Shown in pieces: positions 1 through 10,308 of a stretch of 64,000 nucleotides of DNA. The stretch's first letter is position 1. Each line of letters starts with the position of its first letter. The notes beneath the pieces are model-generated. The model did not search any database. It had not been told where the DNA came from and saw only the letters and a program-made list of their open reading frames with translations. The translations under genes were made by a program, and so were the position numbers. The stretch covers positions 64,001 to 128,000 of the forward strand of contig CAXTYC010000005.1 of assembly GCA_964248365.1 (NCBI GenBank), in the 5' to 3' direction. The DNA comes from an uncultured Chroococcidiopsis sp. GTDB taxonomy: Bacteria > Cyanobacteriota > Cyanobacteriia > Cyanobacteriales > Chroococcidiopsidaceae.

Positions 1-1
1 C

Positions 2-58
2 AAAATTAGTACTCAACAATTGCAAGCTGCTGCACAAAATCTTAAAGAAATGGTTTAA
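2..58 (+). CDS. 3' end of an upstream gene, probably a methyl-accepting chemotaxis protein (partial)
   Basis: Frame reads KISTQQLQAAAQNLKEMV-stop, typical of a cyanobacterial MCP C-terminus; lies directly upstream of cheA. Confidence 0.6.
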   Translation, partial: KISTQQLQAAAQNLKEMV

Positions 59-185
59 AGGTTGAAGGGAAAAGGGGAAAGGGTAAAGGGTAAAGGTTGA
101 AGGATGAAGGATAAAGATTGAAATTTCTACCTTCACACTTCTACCTTCACACTTCTAACTTCTAACTTCATCCTTCACACTTGTG
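59..185. repeat. STRR heptamer arrays (AGGGTAA/AGGATGA followed by CTTCACA/CTTCTAA types)
   Basis: Tandem 7-mers in opposing orientation in the intergenic space. Confidence 0.85.
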
Positions 186-230
186 TCGCTCCTCCTCCAA
201 AGCCTCTAGTACGATCGCCCCTAATCAGCC

Positions 231-2804
231 ATGATGATAGAAGACGCAGAACTGCGTAATATTTTTAAAACAGCAAGCGAAGAACATTTGCAGAACCTGG
301 AAGCGGGGTTAATGCATTTGGAGAAGAACCCTGGCGATCGCGCCAGATTAGAAGAAGTATTGCGCGAAGCTCACACACTCAAAGGCGATGCCCGAATGTT
401 GGGTGTGCGCGATGTTGAGACACTCACTCATCAACTAGAAGAGATTTTGGTAGCATTCAAACGAGGGGAAAGTGCCTTAACAGGGGAAAAGTGCGATCGC
501 CTCTATCAAGGATTGGATGCCATTCGCCAACTAGTACATGAGGCAGTTACTGGGCAAAGTGCCAATGTCAATGTTTTCTATGTCTTGGCTAAATTGATGG
601 GAGCCGAGCCTACTGCTACCGATGAACAGGATCTCCCAGCTACTACCTTGCCTGATGTACACATAGATACACTTTTCCCTGACTCTATTCCAGAAGCTAC
701 CAATCCATTCAACGAAATTGATGCGCTTTTTCCTGAACCGATTCCAGAAGTAGCCACATTTAACGACATTGATGCGCTCTTTCCTGAAACGCTTTTAGCA
801 GCCCCTAAATCCAACGACGCTGAGGCAATCTTTGGTGACTCTATTCCAGAAGTTAGCCATCGATTTAACAACATTGAGGCAATCTTTGCCGACTCGATCC
901 CATTTGTTCCTAAAACACCAATTCCAGCACACCAAGAGCCTGTTAACGTCCCTGCATCTGCCCTCCTAAAAACTTCTCCTACCTGGGAATTATTGCCACC
1001 AAAAGCGGCAGTAAGTGAAGAAGTTCCAGCTGACAATTACCAAATTGAGACAATTCGCGTCGAGCCACAAAAACTCGATTTCCTAATGACTCAAGCAGGT
1101 GAGCTAACCGTGACTAAAAATCGCATTGCTCACCATATAAGTGAGATTTCAGAAATCCTTACTCTATGCGAAGAGTGCAGCCGAGATGCCTTTGTTAATC
1201 GTATAACTCTAAAAGATAGTGATCCGCACTTGCACAATGGTGCAATCAGGCAAGTACAAAGTTTTCAGCATCGGACACAAGAACGTCTAGAACGCTTGCT
1301 CATTTTGATCAACCAGCTAAAAACTACTGCTACTGAAGACAGTGCCAGATTAGACATTGTAGCCAATGAATTAGAGTCAGGAATTCGGACGCTGCGCCTG
1401 TTACCCTTATCGTCGATTTTTAATCTTTTTCCCCGCATGGTGCGGGATTTGGCAAAGCAGCAATCCAAAGAAGTGAATTTGGTAATTGAGGGTGGAGACA
1501 CTAAAGCAGACAAGCGGATTTTGGAAGAAATGAAAGATCCGCTGATGCATATGCTTCGTAATGCGATCGATCATGGTATCGAAACACCGCAAGAGCGTCA
1601 GCAGCTAGGTAAGCCTCGTACTGCTACGATCCGTCTTAGAGGTTATCACAATGGCACTAGTATTGGCATTGAGATCCTAGACGATGGGCGGGGATTGAAC
1701 ATCGAGAGCATCAAACGGACTGCTCTGCGACGGGGAATTTGTAGCGAAGCAGAACTAGCAACCATGACAACCGCTCAAATTCAGTCACTGATTTTTGCCC
1801 CTGGATTTTCAACTCGTACAGAGGTAACTGAGATTTCTGGTAGAGGAGTGGGTTTGGATGTAGTTCGGGCTAAAGTTGAGCGACTCAAAGGCACTATCCA
1901 AGTCGAATCGGCGCATGGGGGAGGATCTACATTCCGGCTGCAATTAAACACAACCATCACAACAACTAATGTGTTGATTGTGGAAGTGAACAATATGTAC
2001 TACGCACTTCCAGTTGAGTTTGTGCAAACAACGCGCCTCGTGTCTTGGTGTGAAATCTTCGCCCTAGAAGGCAGTCAAACTATTATCTTGGATAGTCAGC
2101 CTGTTTCTGTCGCCCCGCTTGCCGAACTGCTGGAATTACCTACAAGTGTCCCAGGTAATGCGATCGCCCCTGATGCAGCGTCCAAAATGCTACCTTGTAT
2201 TATTCTGCAACTCGGTAATGAACGCTTGGGCTTGCTGGTTGATGCTTTGTTAGATCAACAGGATGTAGTGCTTAAACCGCAAAGCAAGTTGCTGGGGCGA
2301 ATTCGCAACATTTCTGGAGCAACAATTCTCAGCACTGGGCAAGTTTGTATGATTCTCAATCCCCAAGATTTGCTGCTGACGGTGCGTAAGCGATCTGGAT
2401 CTGGAATGACTGCCCAAAAAACAATTGAGCCAACAAAATCGAAGCAAACAATTTTGTTGGTAGAAGACTCAATTACAATTCGCACTCAAGTTAAACGAAT
2501 TCTTGAAGGTGCAGGTTATGAAGTAGTAGCAGCGGTAGATGGATTAGACGGCTTTAACAAACTGAGGATGCAAAATTTTGATGCTGTTGTCTCTGATGTA
2601 CAGATGCCCAATCTTGACGGTCTAGGGCTTGCCGCTAAAATTCGTCAGTACAAAGAATATAGCGAACTGCCAATTATTCTCGTTACTACTTTGGCATCAG
2701 ACGAGGATAAAAGAAGAGGTGCGGAGGCAGGGGCTAATGCTTACCTGACTAAGGGCAATTTTGATCAAAAACTACTAATAGATACATTAAGCAGGTTGGT
2801 TTAA
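231..2804 (+). CDS. cheA: Hybrid chemotaxis histidine kinase (Hpt, dimerisation, HATPase, CheW, REC)
   Basis: REAHTLKG Hpt motif, HMLRNAIDHG, SGRGVGLDVV, CheW domain, C-terminal receiver LLVEDS...SDVQMP. Confidence 0.95.
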   Translation: MMIEDAELRNIFKTASEEHLQNLEAGLMHLEKNPGDRARLEEVLREAHTLKGDARMLGVRDVETLTHQLEEILVAFKRGESALTGEKCDRLYQGLDAIRQLVHEAVTGQSANVNVFYVLAKLMGAEPTATDEQDLPATTLPDVHIDTLFPDSIPEATNPFNEIDALFPEPIPEVATFNDIDALFPETLLAAPKSNDAEAIFGDSIPEVSHRFNNIEAIFADSIPFVPKTPIPAHQEPVNVPASALLKTSPTWELLPPKAAVSEEVPADNYQIETIRVEPQKLDFLMTQAGELTVTKNRIAHHISEISEILTLCEECSRDAFVNRITLKDSDPHLHNGAIRQVQSFQHRTQERLERLLILINQLKTTATEDSARLDIVANELESGIRTLRLLPLSSIFNLFPRMVRDLAKQQSKEVNLVIEGGDTKADKRILEEMKDPLMHMLRNAIDHGIETPQERQQLGKPRTATIRLRGYHNGTSIGIEILDDGRGLNIESIKRTALRRGICSEAELATMTTAQIQSLIFAPGFSTRTEVTEISGRGVGLDVVRAKVERLKGTIQVESAHGGGSTFRLQLNTTITTTNVLIVEVNNMYYALPVEFVQTTRLVSWCEIFALEGSQTIILDSQPVSVAPLAELLELPTSVPGNAIAPDAASKMLPCIILQLGNERLGLLVDALLDQQDVVLKPQSKLLGRIRNISGATILSTGQVCMILNPQDLLLTVRKRSGSGMTAQKTIEPTKSKQTILLVEDSITIRTQVKRILEGAGYEVVAAVDGLDGFNKLRMQNFDAVVSDVQMPNLDGLGLAAKIRQYKEYSELPIILVTTLASDEDKRRGAEAGANAYLTKGNFDQKLLIDTLSRLV

Positions 2805-3881
2805 ATGGTAGAATATCCTATTAAAGTTTTATTGGTAGAAGATTCACCGATCGCTCTGGAAATTCTCGCAAGGCTCCTTAGCTCTTCTGATCAGGTCAAG
2901 CTTGTAGGTAAGGCTCGCAACGGTAAAGAAGCCCTAGAACTAATCGCCAAGAGTCAGCCAGCAGTAATTTGTACAGACCTGCACATGAAAGAAATGGACG
3001 GGCTTGCTTTCACCCAGCACTTAATGGCAACAAACCCTCGACCCATTTTGGTGATCAGTAATTCGGTACAAAAAGAGAACACCCAAACTATTTTTCAGCT
3101 TCTGCAAGCTGGAGCAGTAGATGTTTTTCCTAAACCAACTACTGGACTGGCTTCAGATTATGAGCAAGTCAAGCGGGATTTGATTGGTAAGATCAAGCTT
3201 CTAGCTGGAGTGACGGTTTTTACCAAGCGGCAACCGACACTTAATAATATTAATCACTCGGCAGCATCTGTCTTGCACTCATCAACGGCTAGACAGGTTA
3301 TGAATATTACTAGCTCCATCAGGGTAGTCACTATTGGAGCTTCTACAGGAGGTCCTCAAGCCCTACACAAAATTCTTGCCCAACTCCCTGCTAATTTCCC
3401 CCTTCCTGTGATTTGTACCCAGCATATCAGTGAAGGTTTTTTGCAGGGCTTGATAGATTGGCTTGGTTCTGAGTGTAAGTTAAAAGTTAAGATTGCCCAA
3501 CCAGGTGAGTCGCCCCATGCTGGAATCGTTTATTTTGCCCCTGAAAGAAGTCATTTAGAACTTGATACTATGGGTAGATTTATTTATTCCTTGTCTTCAC
3601 CCGTAGATGGTCACTGTCCTTCGATTACAGTAGTATTTAAGTCTGTTGCGAAATTTTATGGTAGGGCAACAGCGGGTGTGCTGTTGACAGGAATGGGGAA
3701 AGACGGTGCAGCAGGAATGCAGGTGATCGCAACAGCCGGAGGTTTGACAATTGCCCAAGACGAAAAAAGTAGTGTAATTTTTGGTATGCCAAAAGAAGCG
3801 ATCGCTTTAGGTGCAGCAGGACAAATTCTGCCAATTGGGGAAATCGCCCCCTTCTTGCTGAACAAGATTTTCAGAGGCTAG
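2805..3881 (+). CDS. cheB: Chemotaxis methylesterase (REC plus CheB)
   Basis: GASTGGP, QHI and LTGMGKDG catalytic motifs; start abuts the cheA stop. Confidence 0.95.
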   Translation: MVEYPIKVLLVEDSPIALEILARLLSSSDQVKLVGKARNGKEALELIAKSQPAVICTDLHMKEMDGLAFTQHLMATNPRPILVISNSVQKENTQTIFQLLQAGAVDVFPKPTTGLASDYEQVKRDLIGKIKLLAGVTVFTKRQPTLNNINHSAASVLHSSTARQVMNITSSIRVVTIGASTGGPQALHKILAQLPANFPLPVICTQHISEGFLQGLIDWLGSECKLKVKIAQPGESPHAGIVYFAPERSHLELDTMGRFIYSLSSPVDGHCPSITVVFKSVAKFYGRATAGVLLTGMGKDGAAGMQVIATAGGLTIAQDEKSSVIFGMPKEAIALGAAGQILPIGEIAPFLLNKIFRG

Positions 3882-4135
3882 AGGCTAGGGGCTAGAGGAA
3901 CCAGAGGCTAAGGGCTAGGGGCTAGAAGAAAGCATAGGGGAGCTGGGGTAGCGCAGGGGGTCTCGCCTGCAAAGGAGCAAAGGGGAGATAATATTTATAT
4001 ACTCTAGCAACTCGCAAGAGGACAAGGGGACAAGGAGACAAGGGGACAAGGGGACAAGGGGAAAGAACACGGCATAAACACGAGCCTTGTCCCCCCAACA
4101 CAAAAGTCCCCCCCTCTTCTTCTAGCCCCTAGCCC
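3876..4135. repeat. STRR arrays (GGGGCTA/GAGGCTA, GGGGACAA) between convergent genes
   Basis: Tandem 7-8-mers with the inverted TAGCCCC array at the far end. Confidence 0.85.
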
Positions 4136-4555
4136 CTATTCAAACAGCCAAGCTCTGACTCGCTCTAAACTCTTCCAATCTGGTTTTCTATTTAAACCGT
4201 CTGCGATACTTTGTTTAATCTCATCGCGCATTTCTGAATCGATCATAATCAACTGCATTGCTAGATCGACGTGTTGCCGCACACCCTTTTGATTCGATTC
4301 GAGCATGGCAACGGCTAAATTAACTCTTGCCTGGGCATCATGGGGATTTAGTTTAACTGACTTCTGGGCAGCTTTGAGTGCAGCAGTGGGTTTGTTGTTC
4401 AACAAGTACAACCACGCAAGACACGCCCAAGCAGGGCTGCTTTTGGGAGCGCGATCGCAAATTTCCTGAAAAATCGGAATTAAGCTCGCTGGTTCTTCCC
4501 CAGCTTTGTAGCGTTCTAAAGCGGTATCAAATAGAGATGCAACAGTTTCGGTCAT
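4136..4555 (-). CDS. Small TPR-like protein
   Basis: Helical TPR pattern (AWACLAWLYLL...AQARVNLAVAM); ATG at 4555 preferred over the ORF-track start. Confidence 0.75.
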   Translation of the reverse strand: MTETVASLFDTALERYKAGEEPASLIPIFQEICDRAPKSSPAWACLAWLYLLNNKPTAALKAAQKSVKLNPHDAQARVNLAVAMLESNQKGVRQHVDLAMQLIMIDSEMRDEIKQSIADGLNRKPDWKSLERVRAWLFE

Positions 4556-4565
4556 TGTAATCAAG

Positions 4566-4785
4566 GAGGCTAGGGACTAAGGACTAGGGGCTAGAGGCGC
4601 AGGGGCTAGAGGCGCAGGGGCTAGAGAAACTAGTGGCTATTGGTCTTCTTCCCCTGAAGCTCCCCTGCCCCCCCCTTCCCCCAACCCCACTACGCGAGTG
4701 ACCCCCCTGCCCCCCTATCCCCGGTTCCGAAGGAACTGGGGACTCCGAGTCCCCCCTGCCCTCTTCTAGCCCCTCGCCCCTAAAA
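4566..4785. repeat. STRR array with nested small GC-rich hairpin elements
   Basis: GGGGCTA/GAGGCGC repeats, then hairpins GTTCC-GAA-GGAAC and GGGGACT-CCG-AGTCCCC. Confidence 0.7.
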
Positions 4786-5142
4786 TTAAACACCAAAGGA
4801 TTTGCCGCAACCACAGGTTTGTGAGGCGTTGGGGTTGGTGAATTGGAAACCACCGCCGATCATGGCGTTGCTGTAGTCCAACATCAAGCCGTATAGGTAT
4901 AACATACTCTTGCGATCGCAGATGATTTTGAAGCCCTCATAGTCAAATACTTCATCATCTGAGCGGATTTTACTAATATCTTCAAAATCCATCATGTAAG
5001 ACATTCCAGAGCAACCACCCTGCCGTACCCCTACTCGGAGGCATAGGTCAAGACCTTGTTGATCTCTTAAAAATAGAATGTGCCGCCTCGCTGCTTCACT
5101 TAGTAAAATGCCTTGTTTTTGAGGTTGGGTAGTGGTTGTCAT
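4786..5142 (-). CDS. iscA: Fe-S cluster assembly accessory protein, HesB/IscA family
   Basis: GGCSGMSY and C-terminal TCGCGKSF motifs. Confidence 0.9.
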   Translation of the reverse strand: MTTTTQPQKQGILLSEAARRHILFLRDQQGLDLCLRVGVRQGGCSGMSYMMDFEDISKIRSDDEVFDYEGFKIICDRKSMLYLYGLMLDYSNAMIGGGFQFTNPNASQTCGCGKSFGV

Positions 5143-5430
5143 AGTTTAATTAAACTCCTGGTGTCGTTTAACTATAAGATTAATTGCAGCTTTTTTGTTT
5201 ATTGTAGCGACAACACAGTAGAGGTTTTAAAAATTGTGCTTTGATCCGACAAAAGAGAGCTAAAGCTTTCTATCCTAGAATTGATAGGTCGAACTCTTTG
5301 GTAAAGAATTTGAGCGAGGAAATAAGCAAAAACTACTGCTTATGGTAGTAATTAGCAGTAAATTGTAAAAAAATTTATAATCTCTAGTTTAACCCAAAAG
5401 TTCGCAATGTCTCCCTGATTGGCTTGGTAT

Positions 5431-7083
5431 ATGACAACTTCGTTGAATCTTTATACGCGTCGCCGTTTGCAGAAATTAAATCAGATTCCTTGTGTCTGGG
5501 AGGGCGATCGCCGTTCATTGTCAGCACCACCACCGAGATCAGACTCAGAGGCAAATAGCGAGTGTATTTTATGGGTGGATGGATCGCAAGGCGTTGTCCG
5601 CGCAATGGATGTAGTAGCTGCTGACACTGGTCCTGAAGCAGTTGTACGCACTTTACTACGAGCAATGGAGCATCCCAACACTCCAGCTAAACCAGCTCGA
5701 CCGCAGAAAATTGTAGTGCGCGATCGGGAAATTCAGTTCTTCCTGCGTGGGGTACTACAAGAGCTAGGAATTGCCATTGACTATGTACCAGATTTACCCC
5801 TAATTGATGAACTGTATCAGCGCTTTCAAGATGAGGTAGGAACTTACACCCCTGAACTACCGCCCCAATATGCTGAAGTACTGAGGAAAAAGGCATTTGA
5901 GGTTTGGCAGGCTGCTCCTTGGGAATTTTTAGAAGAACACCAAATCTTAGCGATTAAGCTCAACTATAACGATATTGACACACTTTATGCCTCAGTCATG
6001 GGAATGCTAGGGATGGAGTATGGGATTTTGTTATATCGCTCTGAAGACTCCCTTAAGCGGTTTCGAGCTAAGGTATTAACAGAAGAAGAATCGACCGAGC
6101 AGCTAGAAGAAGCCTTCCTGAAGCAGGATTGCCTGTTTTTGACCTTTGAGCGCAACGACGAAACTCCAGTAGATCTGGAGTCAGGATTTGTAGACTTAGC
6201 CAATTTGCCATTATCAGAAGTGCAGCCATCTTTTGGTAATATTCATCCTCTAGAAGGGTTGCGCTCTGTGCTTTATGACGAAGAGGCGATCGCTGTATAT
6301 ATGGCTCTAGAAGCCCTGAATCGCTTTATCCGTAACGAGCGGAAACATTTGGGCGCAAAAACCTTACCTGCTTTAAGTCGGAATTATCGTATTTGTCTAC
6401 CCCAGGCAAAAAATAGCGAAAAAAATCAGCCTCGTTCTGTGACTGTCTCCACTATGCCGTCTTTGGCAGCAGAGTTAGAGGAAATGGCGGACACGCTCGC
6501 AGCCGAATTAGAAGACGACCCAATGTTAGACGCTTTACCTATGTTCCGGTCGTTACGCGATGACCTCATCCCAGAAGATTCTTTCTTAAGCCTGGGTGTG
6601 GTGTCGTGGGAAACAGTCGAGTACTTACGGCAGGGAGTCACGCACCACCAGGTAGGAAAGCCAACCATAGCAGGAGACGGTTTACCAGTAGTTTTGATTC
6701 AAACTAGCCGTCCGAAAGCAAAAACGGTGATTGAAGTAGTCCAGGCGGCTGGAGGACTTCAAGGCATTGGTTTTAATCCAGGTGCAGATCCGTTTGGAGG
6801 CGATCGCTATGATTTAGGCGTTCTGCAAACCGTCAATGGTGAACTATTCCTGTTTGGTGAGTTTTTGGAGGATGATCCAGTACATACTGCTGCTAGGCGC
6901 AAGTGGGAGCAACGATGTAAACAAACCAAGGGCTACTGTGGCTTGATCATTGCCAGGGGATTAATGGGGGCTTCGCGGGGACAACCGCAATTACGCGATA
7001 TGATGGCTCTATTTGAAGGGCGAAGTCTCTCAGCTAAAGATTTGGGAATTGGTATGCTGCAACTAATGCCGCAATTCGAGTGA
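5431..7083 (+). CDS. Conserved cyanobacterial hypothetical protein
   Basis: Long acidic ORF with normal codon usage; ATG at 5431; function not recognised. Confidence 0.8.
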   Translation: MTTSLNLYTRRRLQKLNQIPCVWEGDRRSLSAPPPRSDSEANSECILWVDGSQGVVRAMDVVAADTGPEAVVRTLLRAMEHPNTPAKPARPQKIVVRDREIQFFLRGVLQELGIAIDYVPDLPLIDELYQRFQDEVGTYTPELPPQYAEVLRKKAFEVWQAAPWEFLEEHQILAIKLNYNDIDTLYASVMGMLGMEYGILLYRSEDSLKRFRAKVLTEEESTEQLEEAFLKQDCLFLTFERNDETPVDLESGFVDLANLPLSEVQPSFGNIHPLEGLRSVLYDEEAIAVYMALEALNRFIRNERKHLGAKTLPALSRNYRICLPQAKNSEKNQPRSVTVSTMPSLAAELEEMADTLAAELEDDPMLDALPMFRSLRDDLIPEDSFLSLGVVSWETVEYLRQGVTHHQVGKPTIAGDGLPVVLIQTSRPKAKTVIEVVQAAGGLQGIGFNPGADPFGGDRYDLGVLQTVNGELFLFGEFLEDDPVHTAARRKWEQRCKQTKGYCGLIIARGLMGASRGQPQLRDMMALFEGRSLSAKDLGIGMLQLMPQFE

Positions 7084-7246
7084 GAGGTTAGAGGCTAGGG
7101 GCTAGGGACTAGAAGAGAGCACTCTTGAGCAGGGATCGCTGTGGGGAGCAGGGGGGAAATTACCCTTTACCCTTTCCCCTAGTCCCTAGTCCCTAGTCCC
7201 CAGTCCCTATTAATATATGTAAAGAAAGAAAAGAAGGAAACTCTGA

Positions 7247-8716
7247 ATGCGCGTTGCAATTGTCGGGGCGGGACTGGCTGGGCTAGCAACTGCTGTAGAA
7301 TTGGCTGATGCTGGTTGGGAAGTAGAAATTTTTGAGTCTCGCCCTTTTGTTGGCGGTAAAGTCGGCAGCTGGGTTGATGCAGATGGCAATCATGTTGAAA
7401 TGGGATTGCACGTATTTTTTGGTTGCTACTATCAACTGTTTGACTTAATGCAGAAGGTGGGGGCAGGTAACAACCTGCGGCTCAAGGATCATGTCCACAC
7501 CTTTATCAACAAAGGTGGACGCACTGGGGAATTAGATTTTCGCTTTCTCACGGGTGCGCCGTTTAATGGGTTGAAAGCATTTTTCACTACTTCTCAACTG
7601 TCGTTGCAAGATAAAGCTCAAAATGCGATCGCTCTTGGTACTAGCCCCATCGTGCGAGGTTTGGTAGATTTTGATGGGGCAATGAAAACTATCCGCAACC
7701 TTGATCGCATTAGTTTTGCTGACTGGTTCCGACGACAAGGAGGTAGTGACGGCAGCATCAAGCGAATGTGGAACCCCATTGCTTACGCCTTGGGCTTTAT
7801 CGACTGTGAAAATATTTCTGCTCGTTGTATGTTGACAATATTCCAATTATTTGCTGCCAGAACCGAAGCATCCGTCCTGCGGATGTTGGAAGGTTCACCA
7901 TCCGAATACTTGCACAAGCCAATTGTTGAGTATCTCGAAGCAAGAGGAACAAAAATTTATACTCGTCGAAGAGTGCGAGAAATTCAGTTTACTGAAGACG
8001 GGAAGCAAACCCATGTTACTGGCTTGGTAGTTGCCCAAGGTGACACTGAAGAAACTATTACTGCTGATGCTTACTTGTGTGCCTGTGATGTGCCAGGAAT
8101 TCAGCGAATTATACCACAAAAATGGCGGCAGTGGTCAGAATTTGACAATATTTATAAATTAGATGCAGTACCAGTGGCAACAGTGCAACTGCGATTTGAT
8201 GGTTGGGTGACAGAACTGCATGATGGCGAGAAACGTAAACAACTCCATGAAGCGGCTGGCTTAGATAATTTGCTGTATACGCCTGATGCTGACTTTTCTT
8301 GTTTTGCTGATATGGCTTTGACTAGTCCGGCTGATTATTACCGAGAAGGGCAGGGTTCGTTATTGCAGCTGGTACTGACACCAGGAGATCCTTTTATTAA
8401 GGAAAGTAATGAAGCGATCGCTCACCACGTCCTGAAGCAAGTACATGAGCTGTTCCCTTCTTCGCGGGAGTTGAACATGACCTGGTATAGTGTTGTCAAA
8501 TTGGCGAAATCTCTCTACCGCGAAGCCCCTGGTATGGACCCTTATCGACCACCCCAAAAAACGCCTGTAGCTAATTTCTTCCTTGCGGGGAGTTACACTC
8601 AGCAGGACTACATCGATAGTATGGAGGGGGCGACTATTTCGGGACGGCTGGCGGCGAAGGCAATTTTGGAGAATGTAGAGAAATTAGCGGGTAGTGGGCA
8701 ATTGTCAGCTGTGTAG
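7247..8716 (+). CDS. zds: Zeta-carotene desaturase (CrtQ/ZDS)
   Basis: GAGLAGL FAD motif, [21 protein letters not shown]. Confidence 0.93.
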   Translation: MRVAIVGAGLAGLATAVELADAGWEVEIFESRPFVGGKVGSWVDADGNHVEMGLHVFFGCYYQLFDLMQKVGAGNNLRLKDHVHTFINKGGRTGELDFRFLTGAPFNGLKAFFTTSQLSLQDKAQNAIALGTSPIVRGLVDFDGAMKTIRNLDRISFADWFRRQGGSDGSIKRMWNPIAYALGFIDCENISARCMLTIFQLFAARTEASVLRMLEGSPSEYLHKPIVEYLEARGTKIYTRRRVREIQFTEDGKQTHVTGLVVAQGDTEETITADAYLCACDVPGIQRIIPQKWRQWSEFDNIYKLDAVPVATVQLRFDGWVTELHDGEKRKQLHEAAGLDNLLYTPDADFSCFADMALTSPADYYREGQGSLLQLVLTPGDPFIKESNEAIAHHVLKQVHELFPSSRELNMTWYSVVKLAKSLYREAPGMDPYRPPQKTPVANFFLAGSYTQQDYIDSMEGATISGRLAAKAILENVEKLAGSGQLSAV

Positions 8717-8720
8717 AGAC

Positions 8721-8752
8721 GAACCGCAGAGGCGCAGAGGGCGCAGAGGAAG
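8721..8752 (+). repeat. Short dispersed repeat GAACCGCAGAGGCGCAGAGGGCGCAGAGG
   Basis: Near-identical copy at 36851-36880; related CGCAAAGG copies at about 20581 (+) and about 22870 (-). Confidence 0.75.
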
Positions 8753-8757
8753 GGTAG

Positions 8758-9204
8758 ATGGCTGATTGGTTGGAGCATAGTGTACAGGTGGAGATAGACG
8801 CTCCGATTGATTTGGTGTGGAGTTTGTGGGCTGATTTGGAGCAGATGCCGCGTTGGATGAAGTGGATTGATTCGGTGAAGGTGTTGGAGGGTCAGTCGGA
8901 GTTGTCGCGGTGGAAGTTGAATACTGGTGGTTTGGAATTTAGTTGGCTTTCGCGGATTATTAAGATTGTGCCGCACCAGATTATTGAATGGGAATCTGTT
9001 GATGGTTTGCCTAATCGGGGTGCTATTCGGTTTTATGACCGGAAAACCAGTAGCATTGTTAAACTTAGTGTTGCCTATGCTATTCCTGGTATTTTGGGCA
9101 AAATCATGGATAATCTCTTTTTAGGTCGCGTTGTTGAATCTACTATTCGCGCCGATTTGGAAAGGTTTCGAGAATATGCGTTGAAAGCTAAATCTCAATC
9201 CTAA
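8758..9204 (+). CDS. SRPBCC/polyketide cyclase-dehydrase family protein
   Basis: HSVQVEIDAPIDLVWSLWADLEQMPRWM pattern; usual neighbour of cyanobacterial zds. Confidence 0.85.
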   Translation: MADWLEHSVQVEIDAPIDLVWSLWADLEQMPRWMKWIDSVKVLEGQSELSRWKLNTGGLEFSWLSRIIKIVPHQIIEWESVDGLPNRGAIRFYDRKTSSIVKLSVAYAIPGILGKIMDNLFLGRVVESTIRADLERFREYALKAKSQS

Positions 9205-9248
9205 TGCAGGGGCGGCGTTTTGCAGTATAGCAATAAGTTCGTTGTTGA

Positions 9249-9911
9249 CTAAAGCTTATCCAATTGCGATCGCAAATCTTCCAATTCTACATCAACGATT
9301 TCAACTGCGTCAGCGTTCGATAGTGAATTATGATTTTGAGTCGAGGTTGAACTAACAAGTGCTTTTTTTAATTTTTCTAATTCATCATCTATGTCTTCAA
9401 CGGTGATGAACTGATTAAACTCATCTCTACTGTTTAGCTCAAAATCTACATCAATATTCGTTTGTGACAGCAGGTTTCTCACATCGTCTAAAATAGCGGA
9501 GTTATGTTTGAGTAGCTTACTTATAGCGACTTGCTGATTCACAAGTTGAGTATTCATAGCTTCTAGCTCACTTTCAACTTTGTGCAATCGCATTTTTAAA
9601 TCGTTACTAGGTAGCTTAGCTATGGTTTTAAAATCAGCTTCTATCTGCTTTTTTAAAAAAACTTTATGTTTTAGATTAGCTACTCTTTCTGTTTGTTCAT
9701 CTAGCAATTTAAAATTACCTGCTTTTTTTGCATAGATATTTTGGCGAAATTGTGCTTCTTGAATTAAATCTTCTCGACCTGCTTTGAGAGCACGTTGATA
9801 ACGTTGTTTCCATTTATCTGCTTCGGCTTGGGCTTCCTTATAATCACGTTGAGCAATAGTTTGGGCTTGTATATTAGCGGCAAGGACTGACTGAAGTTGA
9901 GAATAGTCCAT
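9249..9911 (-). CDS. PspA/IM30-like coiled-coil protein, divergent and N-terminally short
   Basis: EADKWKQRYQRALKAGREDLIQEA resembles the PspA/Vipp1 hairpin tip; two acidic DxELExL tails. Confidence 0.6.
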   Translation of the reverse strand: MDYSQLQSVLAANIQAQTIAQRDYKEAQAEADKWKQRYQRALKAGREDLIQEAQFRQNIYAKKAGNFKLLDEQTERVANLKHKVFLKKQIEADFKTIAKLPSNDLKMRLHKVESELEAMNTQLVNQQVAISKLLKHNSAILDDVRNLLSQTNIDVDFELNSRDEFNQFITVEDIDDELEKLKKALVSSTSTQNHNSLSNADAVEIVDVELEDLRSQLDKL

Positions 9912-10063
9912 AGGTGGGTGTTCTTGTTTTCTTGCGAACCTCTTTCACTTAGTATTCCCAATTCCGCTTCAGTCTTCACAAAATGTATAACTTGGTGTAT
10001 TACTTTGTGTACTTTGCGTCTAACGCCCTTCGGGCTTCGCTTCGCTGGTGCGGTTCGTATCTC

Positions 10064-10303
10064 TTACCAAGTTGGATCAACATAGAGATTAATCGTCAAC
10101 TCCTCTCGCCCTGGTGGTACGGCTGTAATACAAGCACGAATAGTATTTCCCCCTTCTATCTCCACTTCGCAGGCGTGACACGTACCCATTAAGCAGCCAG
10201 TAGGAATCATCACCCCAGCTCTATCTGCTACATCTAGCAGGGCTTCTCCTACTTGTGCTTCAACAGTTACATTATCGGGTAAGAAATGTACACGCACTGC
10301 CAT
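10064..10303 (-). CDS. 2Fe-2S ferredoxin-like protein
   Basis: GCLMGTCHAC...RACI cysteine pattern. Confidence 0.9.
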   Translation of the reverse strand: MAVRVHFLPDNVTVEAQVGEALLDVADRAGVMIPTGCLMGTCHACEVEIEGGNTIRACITAVPPGREELTINLYVDPTW

Positions 10304-10308
10304 TATTT

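Noticed and set aside
4584..4853. 89-aa ORF overlapping the iscA end
   Set aside because: It is a translation of STRR and hairpin repeats (SSPCASSPCASSP) with no protein-like features
8608..8976. 122-aa antisense ORF over zds/SRPBCC
   Set aside because: By-product of the local G/T skew, which removes antisense stop codons; overlaps two real genes
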